Shown: positions 42,801-53,400 of the stretch, in pieces
Position numbering within the stretch: the stretch's first letter is position 1
How the letters are laid out: every line of letters starts with the position of its first letter
Assembly: GCA_903813345.2 (NCBI GenBank)
Contig: CAIIXF020000001.1
Span: 43,214,001 to 43,278,000 of the forward strand
DNA length: 64,000 bases
Direction of reading: 5' to 3'
DNA from: Owenia fusiformis
Lineage: Eukaryota
The notes under the pieces: model-generated
What the model was told of the DNA's origin: nothing
Seen by the model: the letters and a program-made list of their open reading frames with translations, nothing else
Database searches by the model: none
Translations under genes and position numbers: made by a program

Positions 42801-45428
42801 TCTTTAGCCAAAATGCTAAAGAGCCTTAAAATTTAAGGCTATTTAGCTGTGAACATAGTGTTTTGGCTAGAGAGCCTTTGTGTTTATAATCCGTGTTTAT
42901 ATTGTTTTTTATTGAAGTTTTCGTCATCTAAACAATAAAACAACACTCTCGAAAGTTTTTCAACCCAGAATGCCACTTAAAAATTTCACACATGTATATC
43001 ACTATAGAGTTGCAAAAAGATTTGGCATATCATGGTAAAACACTCTGGTATAGTGGTTAGGGTGCTCGCTTTCCACTTCTGCGGCGTGGGTTCGATTCCC
43101 TGACGCAGCACTTTTTATTTTGAATAACAAGCCGGAAGTTTGTTCTCTGAGGCCCGGAAATTATGTACACATTTTTTTCTAGAATTCTTGGGCTTGCTCC
43201 ATCGCTCAATCGTCAATGTTTAATGAAATTAATCACTTGAATTGGCTTTGCTATTTTTGCATAATATTTTCCTCACAAGTGAGAATTTTTAAAAGAACAT
43301 GAGAGAGCACAAAGAAAATTTACAGTACAAGAGGTGAACTGTCGAGGAAACAGCGGCTTATGCAACACAACAACAACATTTTTATCCTAGCCTCCAATCC
43401 ATCAATAAATGTCTATACATCAAAATCTTTACTAAACGGACGTTGCGATTTATAGTGGATAAAATTTTTCTGGCTATAGGTGATTGCCTTGTCTTACACC
43501 TTCTCTGGTGAACCAGAGACATTATATTTTCGATATATGCATGAACATGAAACAATCAAACATTTACTTTTCAAAATCGATGTTTGAACCTTTAAAAAGC
43601 CAAATTTAGACTGAGGATTGAAAACATTCTTTTATTTCTCTCGGTAGACCGGAGGTAAATTTATGAGTCGAGCAAAAAGTGATAATGTTTTTTTATGAAG
43701 TGGGGATGTCAAAACAGTACTAATAGAAGAATAGTATAGACGTGTCGCAAAAAGGTGGCGCATTTGTTTTTTAAGGGTACCGCGTGAATGTAACTTTGAT
43801 TCCCCGGATTATAAGATAATATTCTAATTAAAGTTATATATCATTTTAAAGCTGTTTCGATGAAGATTTTAGATCAACTACACCCCGTTCACATTTTTTG
43901 CGCGTTCGTTTTTAAAAAAGAGATTTTTACCAAAACATCTGGCAAATATCCCATGTTGACACGTTACATTTTGAATTATTTTTCGTCTTTAAACGCTCAT
44001 AACTCAAACAATATATGACTATTATACTTATTTTTCGTCGCGATAAAGGTAGATGGAAGTTTTATTTCAAAGGATGAATTTTAGTAAGCGTCCCATATTG
44101 TGACGTCATAGAGTCTGAAAAATAGAATCTGTTGACAGCGACCTTTTTTGCTCATTTTTTGGTACCTTCAACTTTTCAGGTGTACATTAAACAAAAAATA
44201 CTAGATCAATTTTTAATAAATCATACATGATTATTTTGCTCCTAAACTCTAGTTTATTAATAAATAGTTGATTTTGTTCACAAAAGTATGTGTTTTCTGT
44301 TGTATGTGGAAAAGTGGAGGACGAAAGGTTTTCAAAATTCATTAAAATAGGGCTAATTTACGCCATTCGCCTATTTTCAAGCACAGCAACACGTACATTT
44401 ATTTCACCTAAAATATCAATTGATTCGTGTTTTATGATGCTCCTAGCCCATTAACTATATATATGTGATATCAGAATTATTCGTCTAAAATGTTTTGAGG
44501 TATAGAGGTAAATGTGGAGGACGAAAGAATTTTCATGTGTGTACATTTTTCTCAAAAACGTCACATTCTATCATGTTAAAAGCGAGGATCCTCTGGATTA
44601 CGCCACAAAATGTGTAACAATGCGTGCGCGAGCTTTTTGCGATGCGTCATAGCATTAGAAGATCATTTAAAACCATGTAAATCAAATCGACGGCAAAGTT
44701 AGTTGAAATGACTGAAATCTTTATATGTTTATGTTATCTTTTTCATCTTCGCGGACCTCAGAGAAGACACTTCCGGTTTAATAATCAGTGATTTTATCGA
44801 TCAAAAAAATTTTCTTTTTGAATTTGTCCGATATCTGCTAATATGGTATGTATATTTGTGCTGATTGTTAAATTACAAAATAGGTTGGGTATAGAATATG
44901 TCAAAGTCATTTGATCTTGTCCCAGAAGCAATATTTCGTCATTTCTGTAGCCTGTAATTCCTTTAAGGCTCTCTAGCAGAATTGGCTATCAAAATGCTAA
45001 AGAGCCTTAAATTTTAAGGCTCTTTAGCATTTTGGCTAGAGAGCCTTAAATTTTAAGGCTCTCCAGACGCGGCCTAAATTATTGCATAGATGATATTTTG
45101 ATTCGTCTATTTTTTAGGTTTTACTTACGCAATAAAACAGTGTTGTCAGCGACAAAGAATTACAAAATGTTGTTACTATGTAATACTGAAATAGTGACTA
45201 ACAATTTTAGATAAATGACGTTGTGTTGAAATTAAACTACCTATGCTTATCAACAAGAAACAAAGAACTGTCAAAACAAAGAAAAGGCAATTTTTTCCCG
45301 GCAATTTTTCTTTGTCCATTTTTGAAGCCTTGTTTTCATCATTCAGTCCTAAAATGCAAACGTATTTCATATAATCAAATGTGTTACCTATCCTGGGTTG
45401 TGGAGGTGGCAGCAACTTCTTCAGACAT
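30816..45428 (-). CDS. NASP: NASP/N1-N2 family histone H3-H4 chaperone (SHNi-TPR), 11 exons
   Basis: Exons 45428-45388, 41318-41193, 39718-39600, 39436-39347, 38581-38027, 35047-34894, 34276-34203, 33401-33171, 32912-32701, 31642-31412, 30881-30816, all phase-compatible. Motifs [82 protein letters not shown] and NLS IRKKRKP. Confidence 0.96.
36254..36606. mobile_element. hAT-like MITE
   Basis: TIR CAGGGTTCTCACCAGG / CCTAGTGAGAACCCTG; internal AGACTCCGGA repeats; no clear TSD. Confidence 0.65.
37651..37831. repeat. About 24-bp minisatellite (GCTTTACAGCAAGCCATATTGSAA)
   Basis: Direct tandem copies with interspersed GCTAATACAGCATGGAA variants in a NASP intron. Confidence 0.9.
41776..42168. mobile_element. 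Foldback/MITE with about 120-bp perfect inverted arms
   Basis: 41776-41895 is the exact reverse complement of 42049-42168 by eye. Confidence 0.85.
42769..45074. mobile_element. 2.3-kb non-autonomous Mutator-like element
   Basis: 9-bp TSD TAAATTATT (42760-42768, 45075-45083); TIRs GTCTGGAG..CCTTAAAATTTAAGGCTCTTTAGCCAAAATGCTAAAGAGCC made of short palindromes; no ORF. Confidence 0.8.
43040..43118 (+). pseudogene. tRNA-derived sequence (pseudo-tRNA/SINE head)
   Basis: A box TAGTGGTTAG, B box GGTTCGATTCC, anticodon-loop-like TTTCCAC, followed by a T run. The acceptor stem does not pair. Confidence 0.65.
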
Positions 45429-45429
45429 G

Positions 45430-45740
45430 GTAAAGAGCGTGTGAAATAGTGAATGAAATGCGGAGAGATTTCGATGTCCTGCTTTCGCGCCTTTCTTCTT
45501 CAAAGTGAGAGGTGACGTCAGAATCTAGTCTCGAAACATCAATTAAGAAAAGTTCAGAAAAACCGTGAACCATATATTGTTTGATTCCGCATCATTTTAA
45601 AATTATTATTTTGATGTTAAATTTGTCTTATATGTGTTTTCATCATTTAAGAAATGAATCATGGAAAAAATACACTTTTACCTTCCAGACTGTATTTATG
45701 TGACGTCACTAGACAGCCTTTTCATTCAGCCATTTTCCCG
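45430..45740. promoter_or_regulatory. Compact bidirectional promoter NASP/BTF3
   Basis: NASP ATG at 45428 (-). The BTF3 non-coding exon probably starts at the pyrimidine run CTTTTC near 45718 and ends at donor GTAAGT 45806. Two CRE palindromes TGACGTCA (45513-45520, 45701-45708) and a YY1-like GCCATTTT near 45729. Confidence 0.65.
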
Positions 45741-45957
45741 TGGTCCTCGTGGGTTGCAATTTCTCAAAATAATCAAGTAATAACGGCAGTTATATCACTC
45801 CAAGAGTAAGTTAATTACAATTATTCTTTTTTTAAATAGTTTAGTTCATGATATTTGTCGATTGTGATGTGAGGACTACACACTGCTTAGCTAAAACTAA
45901 GTTTGAATAAATTTTCTAAAAGTTTCCCAACTTCAAATTCAAGTAGGCCTAGGCCTA

Positions 45958-46182
45958 CAGTTGGGGACAAAAATAAATGACAGGTCGATTTTCGATCACC
46001 ATTTCCTAATTATGGTGGTCTGAAAGCCCATAATTTCCAATATTGTCTAGATACATATCCCTTAAAATTTGTATATTTTACATTTTGTATAATCTCATCC
46101 ACTGATTTATGGCCTCTTGTTTTTAACATGGGAAATCCTCACTTCAGCAAATCCACCTGTCATTTATTTATGTCCCCAACTG
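45958..46182. mobile_element. TA-flanked MITE in BTF3 intron 1
   Basis: TA|CAGTTGGGGACAAAAATAAATGACAGGT ... ACCTGTCATTTATTTTATGTCCCCAACTG|TA; related fragment at about 7630-7750. Confidence 0.85.
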
Positions 46183-46185
46183 TAA

Positions 46186-46746
46186 GCTTATCGCATCCTA
46201 CGACCCCTTTAGATTGTGGTCGTAGGCCGGTTTCATTGGTAAGCCTGTCTTTCTACAATGTCGGAGAATGAACTACGCATCGCACTATTAAATGACCTAC
46301 CTCGATACATTCCAGAGTATTTCAAAATTATTTTTATGTTGTTAGATCGCCAATTGTATGGGTTTATCGGCAGAATGAAGAGATTTTAGTTTTTACATCG
46401 GAAATATCTTAGCAATTTCCAAAATGTCGGAAGGGGAATTCCCCAGGGATTTCCCTTATGACTGGTGCATGCCGGGAACTGAATGGAGGAATTTGACGGT
46501 TGAAATAAGTTAAATATTACACGCAAATATTGCTATCAAAAACGAAAATATCTTCGTTCTGCCGATAAACCCATACAATTTGCGATTCAACTATATGAAA
46601 AGAATTCTAAAATACTCAGGAATGTATCGAGGTAGGTCATTTATGTGTGCAATGCATAGTTCATTCTCAGACATTGTAGAAAGACAGGCTTACTAATGAA
46701 ACGGGCCTACGACCACAATCTAAAGGGGTCGTAGGATGCGATAAGG
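46186..46746. mobile_element. Foldback element with long inverted arms
   Basis: CTTATCGCATCCTACGACCCCTTTAGATTGTGGTCGTAGGCC... versus ...GGCCTACGACCACAATCTAAAGGGGTCGTAGGATGCGATAAG. The internal part is related to 42400-42510. Confidence 0.8.
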
Positions 46747-46934
46747 CCTAAGCTTACGTCCTGGGAGGTTTATGCGTGGGTTTATGAACGTGAATGATGA
46801 TCATTTTCGTGATATTGATAAGCTTTCTGAAATAGGGAGCCATGATATTTTGATTTGTGACTTTAGAATAAGAAAAATTGTTGTCTTGGTAAGATTTGTT
46901 CAATGATTGTTCCATTGTTTCAATATTTACAGAG

Positions 46935-49900
46935 ATGAATCCAGAAAAACTAAACAAGTTGAAGGATCAAGTCCGCATAGGAGGAAAGGTATGTCTAAAC
47001 CTTGTTTTCATTAGCTTATTTTTACTCCATAACATTTTTAATTGTATTTTTAATTGTATCAGAGAATGTGAAATGATGTAAAAGTAAATCCATTCTCCGA
47101 GGTTTTGTCACCTACTTGTGTGAGTAGGAGTTGCTATGTGTGCTGGATTCTTCCAAGGTTTTCTTGTTAGATACTTGGTACTTTAGTACCTCTCTCATGT
47201 TTGTTTGTGACAGGGAATCCAAATTTGGACTCTTGAACCCAATGACGTTTTACAGATCTGATCACATTTATATCTATATATGTTACTTGCCCGTAGCCAG
47301 CTTTTACCAGGGGGGGGAGCTTTTTCACAATTTTGGCTAAAAATCATGCGAAAAATTCTCAGAATGGTGAAAAACTGCATGATTTTGAAAGAATTTCTGG
47401 CCAGGGGGGGGGAGCTTCCGCTCCCCCAGCTCCCCCTCTGGCTACGGGCCTGTGTTATTATATCATATCCCTTGCCAGAACAATTGTCCTGGAGCATCTC
47501 AATAGGTTGTCCATATGATTACAATATGGGAGAATTTTGTTATTGTAATGCCTTTTTGTAATATGAATTTATTATTACATCTATTGAAAGTTATCGTATT
47601 GGCCATATTGTAATTCTATGTTTTGTTTCAGGGTACACAAAGGAGAAAGAAGAAGGTGGTTCACAGAACTGCCACAACTGATGACAAGAAACTACAGTCC
47701 TCTCTGAAAAAACTGGCAGTGAACAGTATTCCTGGTATTGAAGAGGTGAGCATTCATACAGTATTTTGATAGTTTTTTTCAGATAGTTTTTCATGAAGAG
47801 ATGTTGCTTCATATGATGATTTTGTATCACGATGGTCTACTGAGCTTTGCCTAGCATTGTTGAAGTCTGTATACACTGATTGAAGCACACTTTCAAATAT
47901 ATTGAATTCACTTTTTGAGATTTCTTAGTTTCATATTTCCCAAAAGAAGAGTTTGTTATTCAGGATAAAGAAGGTTTTATCGTCAAGTTATTTGAAATTT
48001 TGAAAACAACATGAACTCCTTTCATGTATTCATTTTGTAGGTGAACATGATTAAGGAAGATGGCCAAGTTATTCATTTTACCAACCCAAAGGTCCAGGCT
48101 TCTTTGGCTGCCAACACATTTGCCATCACAGGCCATGGTGAAATCAAACGTAAGTACAACACCTAATGTTATGATATCTCAATAGTCCATGAATGTTTGT
48201 GCTTAATGCCATTAAAAAATTTCGATGGTCAGATTTGATTCTGACACTACAAAATAGCAAAGTTCACTTCAGAAATGATGATTTTGTATCACGATGGTCT
48301 ACTGAGCTCAAATGGAGCATTGTTGAAACCTGTATACACTGATTTGAATTAACTGTGCTACAATGGCACAGAAACATCATCCATATTGAACAAATCATAG
48401 AATTAAAATCTTCAGTTATCTCTTAGTAATATTGAATATCTTGGAATTTTCAGAAATGACTGAAATGCTGCCAGGAATTCTCAACCAACTTGGAGCGGAG
48501 AGTCTTGCAAACCTTAAAAAATTAGCAACAAGCGTCACATCATCTGGTAGGTGTTAATTAATAATGAGACATGAAGATGAAAAGTATCTTGTTTCCTTCT
48601 CGATTCTCTGCCTCCTGGACTAACATTTCTCTTGATAGCTTTTCTCTGAATGATGATTTTGTTTCACAATGATCTACTTACTTAGCTCAAGAAGAGCATT
48701 GTTACAGTTGAAGACCATTATACTGTCATATATGGTAGGATACCGAATACATTTTTGATTTGCTCTCATTCATTTATTTGTTCAATTTCTGCCAAACATG
48801 TTGCCCCAATTCTGCTTGCACACAGACACTGAGGTTGTCTGTTACTATTATTCGGAGTCACCTGAAACTAAACAACAAAATCTGTTTTTCTGTTGTACAT
48901 AATTTGCTGAAGTTTTGACAGAAGAGTTCTTTTTGGCTCACACAGTGAGCCTATGGGATTGACCAGGCGTCCGTCCGTCCGTTGGTCCGTCCGTCAACAT
49001 TGGCCGCACAAATTAAAACTGCTATTCGGATTGAGTCCTATCCACATTCATTTTATGCATATCCATAATGCCTATTTGACCTATCATCGCCATTTCCCAA
49101 GTTCGCCCGGTTTCGGAGAAATTGCGGATTTTGACGTCAAAAAGTCAAATTTTCTGTAAATACTAGACACTTTGTTGAAGTAGAACTTTCAAATACCTTT
49201 TAGTAGTTGGTGTATATGCAACTTATGTCCTCTGAAGATTTCAAAGCTCTTGGAATAACGGTTTTTGGTGTTTACTCCATAAAATTTGAAAAAAAGTAGG
49301 ACTTATTTTCAGGAAACTTTCTCATGTATAAAGTCAATGGCATGTTTTGTGATTGACAAGATTCTTAAAGTTTGCCTTATACTTGATCATTTCCTGCAAT
49401 AAATTACATCATTACTAGATTTAAGCATTCCCTAAATATGGCTTAATATATGTCAGCATCAAATTTTTTCCGTTTTTGAGATTTTTGACGTCAAAAAACA
49501 GTAAAAATAAGTTATTTTTCAACTTGCTTCAATTTGACCAAATTTTTTTTGAAAATCATCTACAAGTTACCAGGAGTTCAAATCTGACATTAGTTTTAGG
49601 ATTTGACCTTTACTTGACCTTCAGTGACCTTCGAAAGGTCAAAAAAGTTGATTTTTCAAATTGATTTATGGATGTAAATTTTGGTAAGCTTAATCACAAA
49701 AGTCCTTACTGAGCTCTGAATAAGAAAAATTTTCAAGGTCAAAGGTCATCAAACTAGGTCACACAACTATGCTATCTAAGTTTCTCAAAGTTCGAGACTA
49801 CAAATCCAAATCAATATTTTTGTTTGAAAGTCAGGATATAAATTCCTCTGAAGGTTCCAAACTGTGTGAGCATAGGACCGTGGGTCCTTCATTATTACCT

Positions 49901-50099
49901 CCATGTGTGATATGCCACTGTCATAAGATTTTGGAGCATACAGACTTTATTTGTATGATTGTGTCTATTTTCAGCTGCTGCAGGAGCAAGTGGCGCTGAG
50001 GCCATGAAACCAGCAACTGAGGAAATAGATGACGATGATGATGAAGTCCCCGATCTGGTTGAAAATTTTGATGAAGCATCGAAAGAAGAAAAAGCCTAG
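46935..50099 (+). CDS. BTF3: Nascent polypeptide-associated complex beta subunit (BTF3/BTF3L4-type), 5 coding exons plus a 5' non-coding exon ending at 45805
   Basis: Exons 46935-46988, 47632-47745, 48041-48149, 48454-48546, 49975-50099 give [87 protein letters not shown]...[11 protein letters not shown]...[15 protein letters not shown]. Confidence 0.97.
47286..47452. mobile_element. Small GC-rich hAT-like MITE
   Basis: GCCCGTAGCCAG ... CTGGCTACGGGC inverted termini. Confidence 0.7.
47805..47887 (+). ncRNA. SNORD35: Box C/D snoRNA, SNORD35 (U35)/snR73 homolog, copy 1 (BTF3 intron)
   Basis: Terminal stem TGCTTCA/TGAAGCA, box C ATGATGA 47813-47819, D' CTGA 47840-47843, C'-like TGTTGA, D CTGA 47876-47879. 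Guide TCACGATGGTCTA pairs with conserved LSU rRNA UAGACCGUCGUGA (one G:U). The D'+5 rule targets the C equivalent to yeast Cm2959. Confidence 0.88.
48268..48348 (+). ncRNA. SNORD35: Box C/D snoRNA, SNORD35/snR73 homolog, copy 2 (next BTF3 intron)
   Basis: Box C 48275-48281, identical guide TCACGATGGTCTA, D' 48302-48305, D 48339-48342, short TTCA/TGAA stem. Confidence 0.87.
48650..48726 (+). pseudogene. Degenerate third SNORD35-like copy
   Basis: ATGATGATTTTGTTTCACAATGATCTACTTA aligns with copies 1 and 2, but the guide has 2 substitutions, D' is CTTA, D is CTGT, and there are small insertions. Confidence 0.7.
48930..49890 (+). mobile_element. Helentron-associated non-autonomous element (HINE/DINE-1-like)
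   Basis: T-run start, subterminal IR GCTCACACAGT (48936) / ACTGTGTGAGC (49861), (GTCC)n microsatellite near the 5' end, 3' stem-loop GGACC-GTG-GGTCC (49875-49887). Confidence 0.75.
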
Positions 50100-50478
50100 A
50101 AGTTTCTAGGTCTTCCAATTTTTTATCACTTTTTTATAAAAAATAACTTTACAATGGACTGAAAACATTTTTTACATCAATGAGCCTGACTTTTCATCTG
50201 AATTCACCCCAAAGATAGACAATGGAATCGGTTGTTTCAAATAGTATTGTGAAATCCTCCCTAATTTTTGCCAGTGAGACTCATCAGCCACAAAAGTTTG
50301 TGTAACAGAATTTACTGTGATGAAATATAATTGCTGAGCAAATAAACTATTTATTACTAGTTATCTGGTTAGTGTGCAATTTATAAAGCAGGTAGTATTT
50401 TGCCATCAGTCATTTTTTTTTTCTAAGGTAGTATCTTAATTCTCAGAGAAGTAGATTTATCATTATTACAGTCCTTAT

Positions 50479-53400
50479 TCATTCTTCAGGTCTGTGACCA
50501 CATTTATGATGGTTGAATGACAACTGACTACCATGTCTGAACCATTTCGTTGCCACTGGAATGGAAGACATACACAGGGTAGAAAATTGATGCAAAACTA
50601 GATTTACCATCTTTGGCTATTGTACTTGAATATTTACTCTCCTTATATTAAATAACTTAGTTGAATGTTTCATAACTATCCGTTGTGATTAATATAGTGC
50701 AGATTATAAATTCGCATACCCCATTTTGATCCAATAATAATGGGACAAGAACCATGCTCAAGTCGATCATCTACATCTCCATTTTTGTAGGAATTATACC
50801 ATAGGACTGCAGACCCCTACAATGTCAAAATAAATGTATCTGTTGACCTCAAAAGATTCTTAGCAGTTTAAAATGAACCAAACTTTCCTTTGTATAACTA
50901 TAATAGTGAGATGTCTAAGAAAATGTTGTATATGCCATTTTATTCCAACACGGTTCGGAAAGATCTTTTATTTCATTCTCAGAAATCAAGGAACAAACAA
51001 ACAAAAACAATTGTACAAAAAAACAAAAATTGTTCACAACAATAATATAAAATACATATAAATAAGTTTCGAATTAAATTGTCAGTGACCATAACATAAA
51101 GCACAGTGTTTTTAAAAGAATGTTTTCGATAATTGGTTTGAGAGAAAAACATTGTTGAATTTAGTTCGCCATATCGATACCAATCTTTTGTGTCCAATAC
51201 TAGTACGTCTTTTACATGTTTTACTGAGGGAATCTACAAGCCAACCATTTATATATATTATGTATCGGGTATCCCAAAAATGAGACCCTATTTGACAAGT
51301 ATTTTCTCGGCAACTGATGAATCAATTTACTGAAAATGTGTACAAAGTAACCTAAGAGTATCATTATAGCAAGTTCTAAAATATATAAAAAAGATCAAGT
51401 AAATATTCCGTGAGAGCTCATCGATGACACCTCCACAGTGTTTGTATCAGGTGATGACATGTGTCAATCAGTCACTGAAATTAGCTTGTCTTTGTGTCAT
51501 GTCTTATTCGTTTCATTCTTCCCAAATATCCAAAATCATCCATTCTCAAAATCCATTTGGGGTGATATTGTTAGAATAATACGGAAAAGTATTTTTGCTT
51601 CGAAATGGATTAATAAGTAACATAGGTTATTTTGACATACTGTCTTTAATTCAAAAATACACACATAATGCATGGCCAATCTTTTACATATTCATAGCAT
51701 TAGCAGAAGATACCTAAGTGCCTAATGTAATTTTTAAGGATTTTGGCTCATCTATTACTGAGAAATTTTCAAATTTCTTCCCATGCTTTGGTACAAACGC
51801 TATGAACTTCTCATTGCGTTTTTCCGTATCGGATTAATTGACATGCTATCATGAATTTCTTAGTGCTCACATAACATATTTTCATATTTTTGTACCTTCC
51901 TAATTACTCTTGGGCTACTATGTACGAATTTTCTGTGAATTTGGTTTATCAGTTACCGAGAAAAATCTTGTCAAAAACTGTCTCATTTTTGGGACACCCT
52001 ATATATTCAAAATAAATAAAAAATATATATTCTAACTAACAGGTTAATTGGTTTTGTAAAGTACAGTTTGGTGTAAGAGAAAATTAATGCATGTAGACCT
52101 ACCTTTATTGGGTTAACGAAAACACCCAATTTTGTAAATACTGTCGCGCCACCTTTTGGAACATCCGCCAACTTTGGAACGATGGAAAATAAAACAACAA
52201 AAATATCAGAGCAGAAATTAGCCACTTGGAGCCACGATACGTCATATACGGATATTAAAATGCAACAATTAAAATAGGCGAGATGAGATACCTACATAGA
52301 ACATGAGTGTTGCAATCCTGTCATGTGGAAACATATCGTTGTTGTTTAAATGGTCACCCTGCCTCTGCAAGAACAAGGACATCTTTTACAGCAGTACCAT
52401 GGTCGGTGAATACAACTTCTTGTAAATTGGATATTATTTTTTAGTCTTAGGAAATGTTCCGATTTGAGGCGATCTCGAATGATTAATGTTTGAGCTATGT
52501 TTGTGAAAATGTGCGCTCCATTGTATCTATTGGTCCTCCTAAAACGGAGTGACCAAAATTGCAGTCCATCGTTTTAATATTTTAATAAGTCTGATTTGAT
52601 TTGGGAATGACAACTAATGACAATGTTATATAGGAATGACATACAAAGCTATCCAAGTGTGGTTTGTACTGTCCCCCTATCCCATAGTTAAGAACCTGGA
52701 AAGGTTCGTTGAAGAAGTTAGACCCAGGTTTCTTGGCAGAGAGCCTAGTCAGTGCTTCAACCCGCTTGTCAAGTTTAGCGACAACGGGGTGTTTAAGATG
52801 AGACATCCAGGCGCTTTGACTGGTCCTGTATCCTCGACGGCCATCATCACCCAATGATTGCACGAGCGATCGGCGTAGCTGGAAAATATCCTCATGAAAA
52901 GGTGGGAGAAGCAACAACAATGGCCTGTTGGCACACGACATGAGAACGCAAGTCAATATATATATATGGAATAGTAGAACCTGAATGAATGCAAATAATA
53001 GTGCTGGACCCTTTCTCTCCGAAAAGTGGACGTACCGTAGCACTCTTTCATTATGTAGGCAATGAAAGTAAAATGCAGAGATAAATATCTTACCCAAGGA
53101 ACAGATCTTGTCTTCAAATCCTCTGTCTCAGCTTCTGAGATTATGTTGTGATACAACACAATGCGTGGTTCAAGGAGAACGTCTTCCATCTTTACGTACC
53201 AACCAAGATTTATATTGAACTCCATGTAGCATGTCAGTCCTAGTTTAGAACTTTTTGACGAAACCTATATGGAAAACGTCTATTTGCAATATAACAATTA
53301 AAATAATCTGTAAGACTGGCAGCTCCACCATTTAATTGTAACATCGATGACATCGTAGATTTATAGAATTGTACACTGGATTATGCTATATGATTTTTGC

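Noticed and set aside
43040..43110. Functional tRNA gene
   Set aside because: Acceptor and anticodon stems do not pair properly, and it lies within a transposon.
47100..47225. Possible H/ACA snoRNA in BTF3 intron 2
   Set aside because: Some short stems are present, but I could not place convincing H and ACA boxes or a target.
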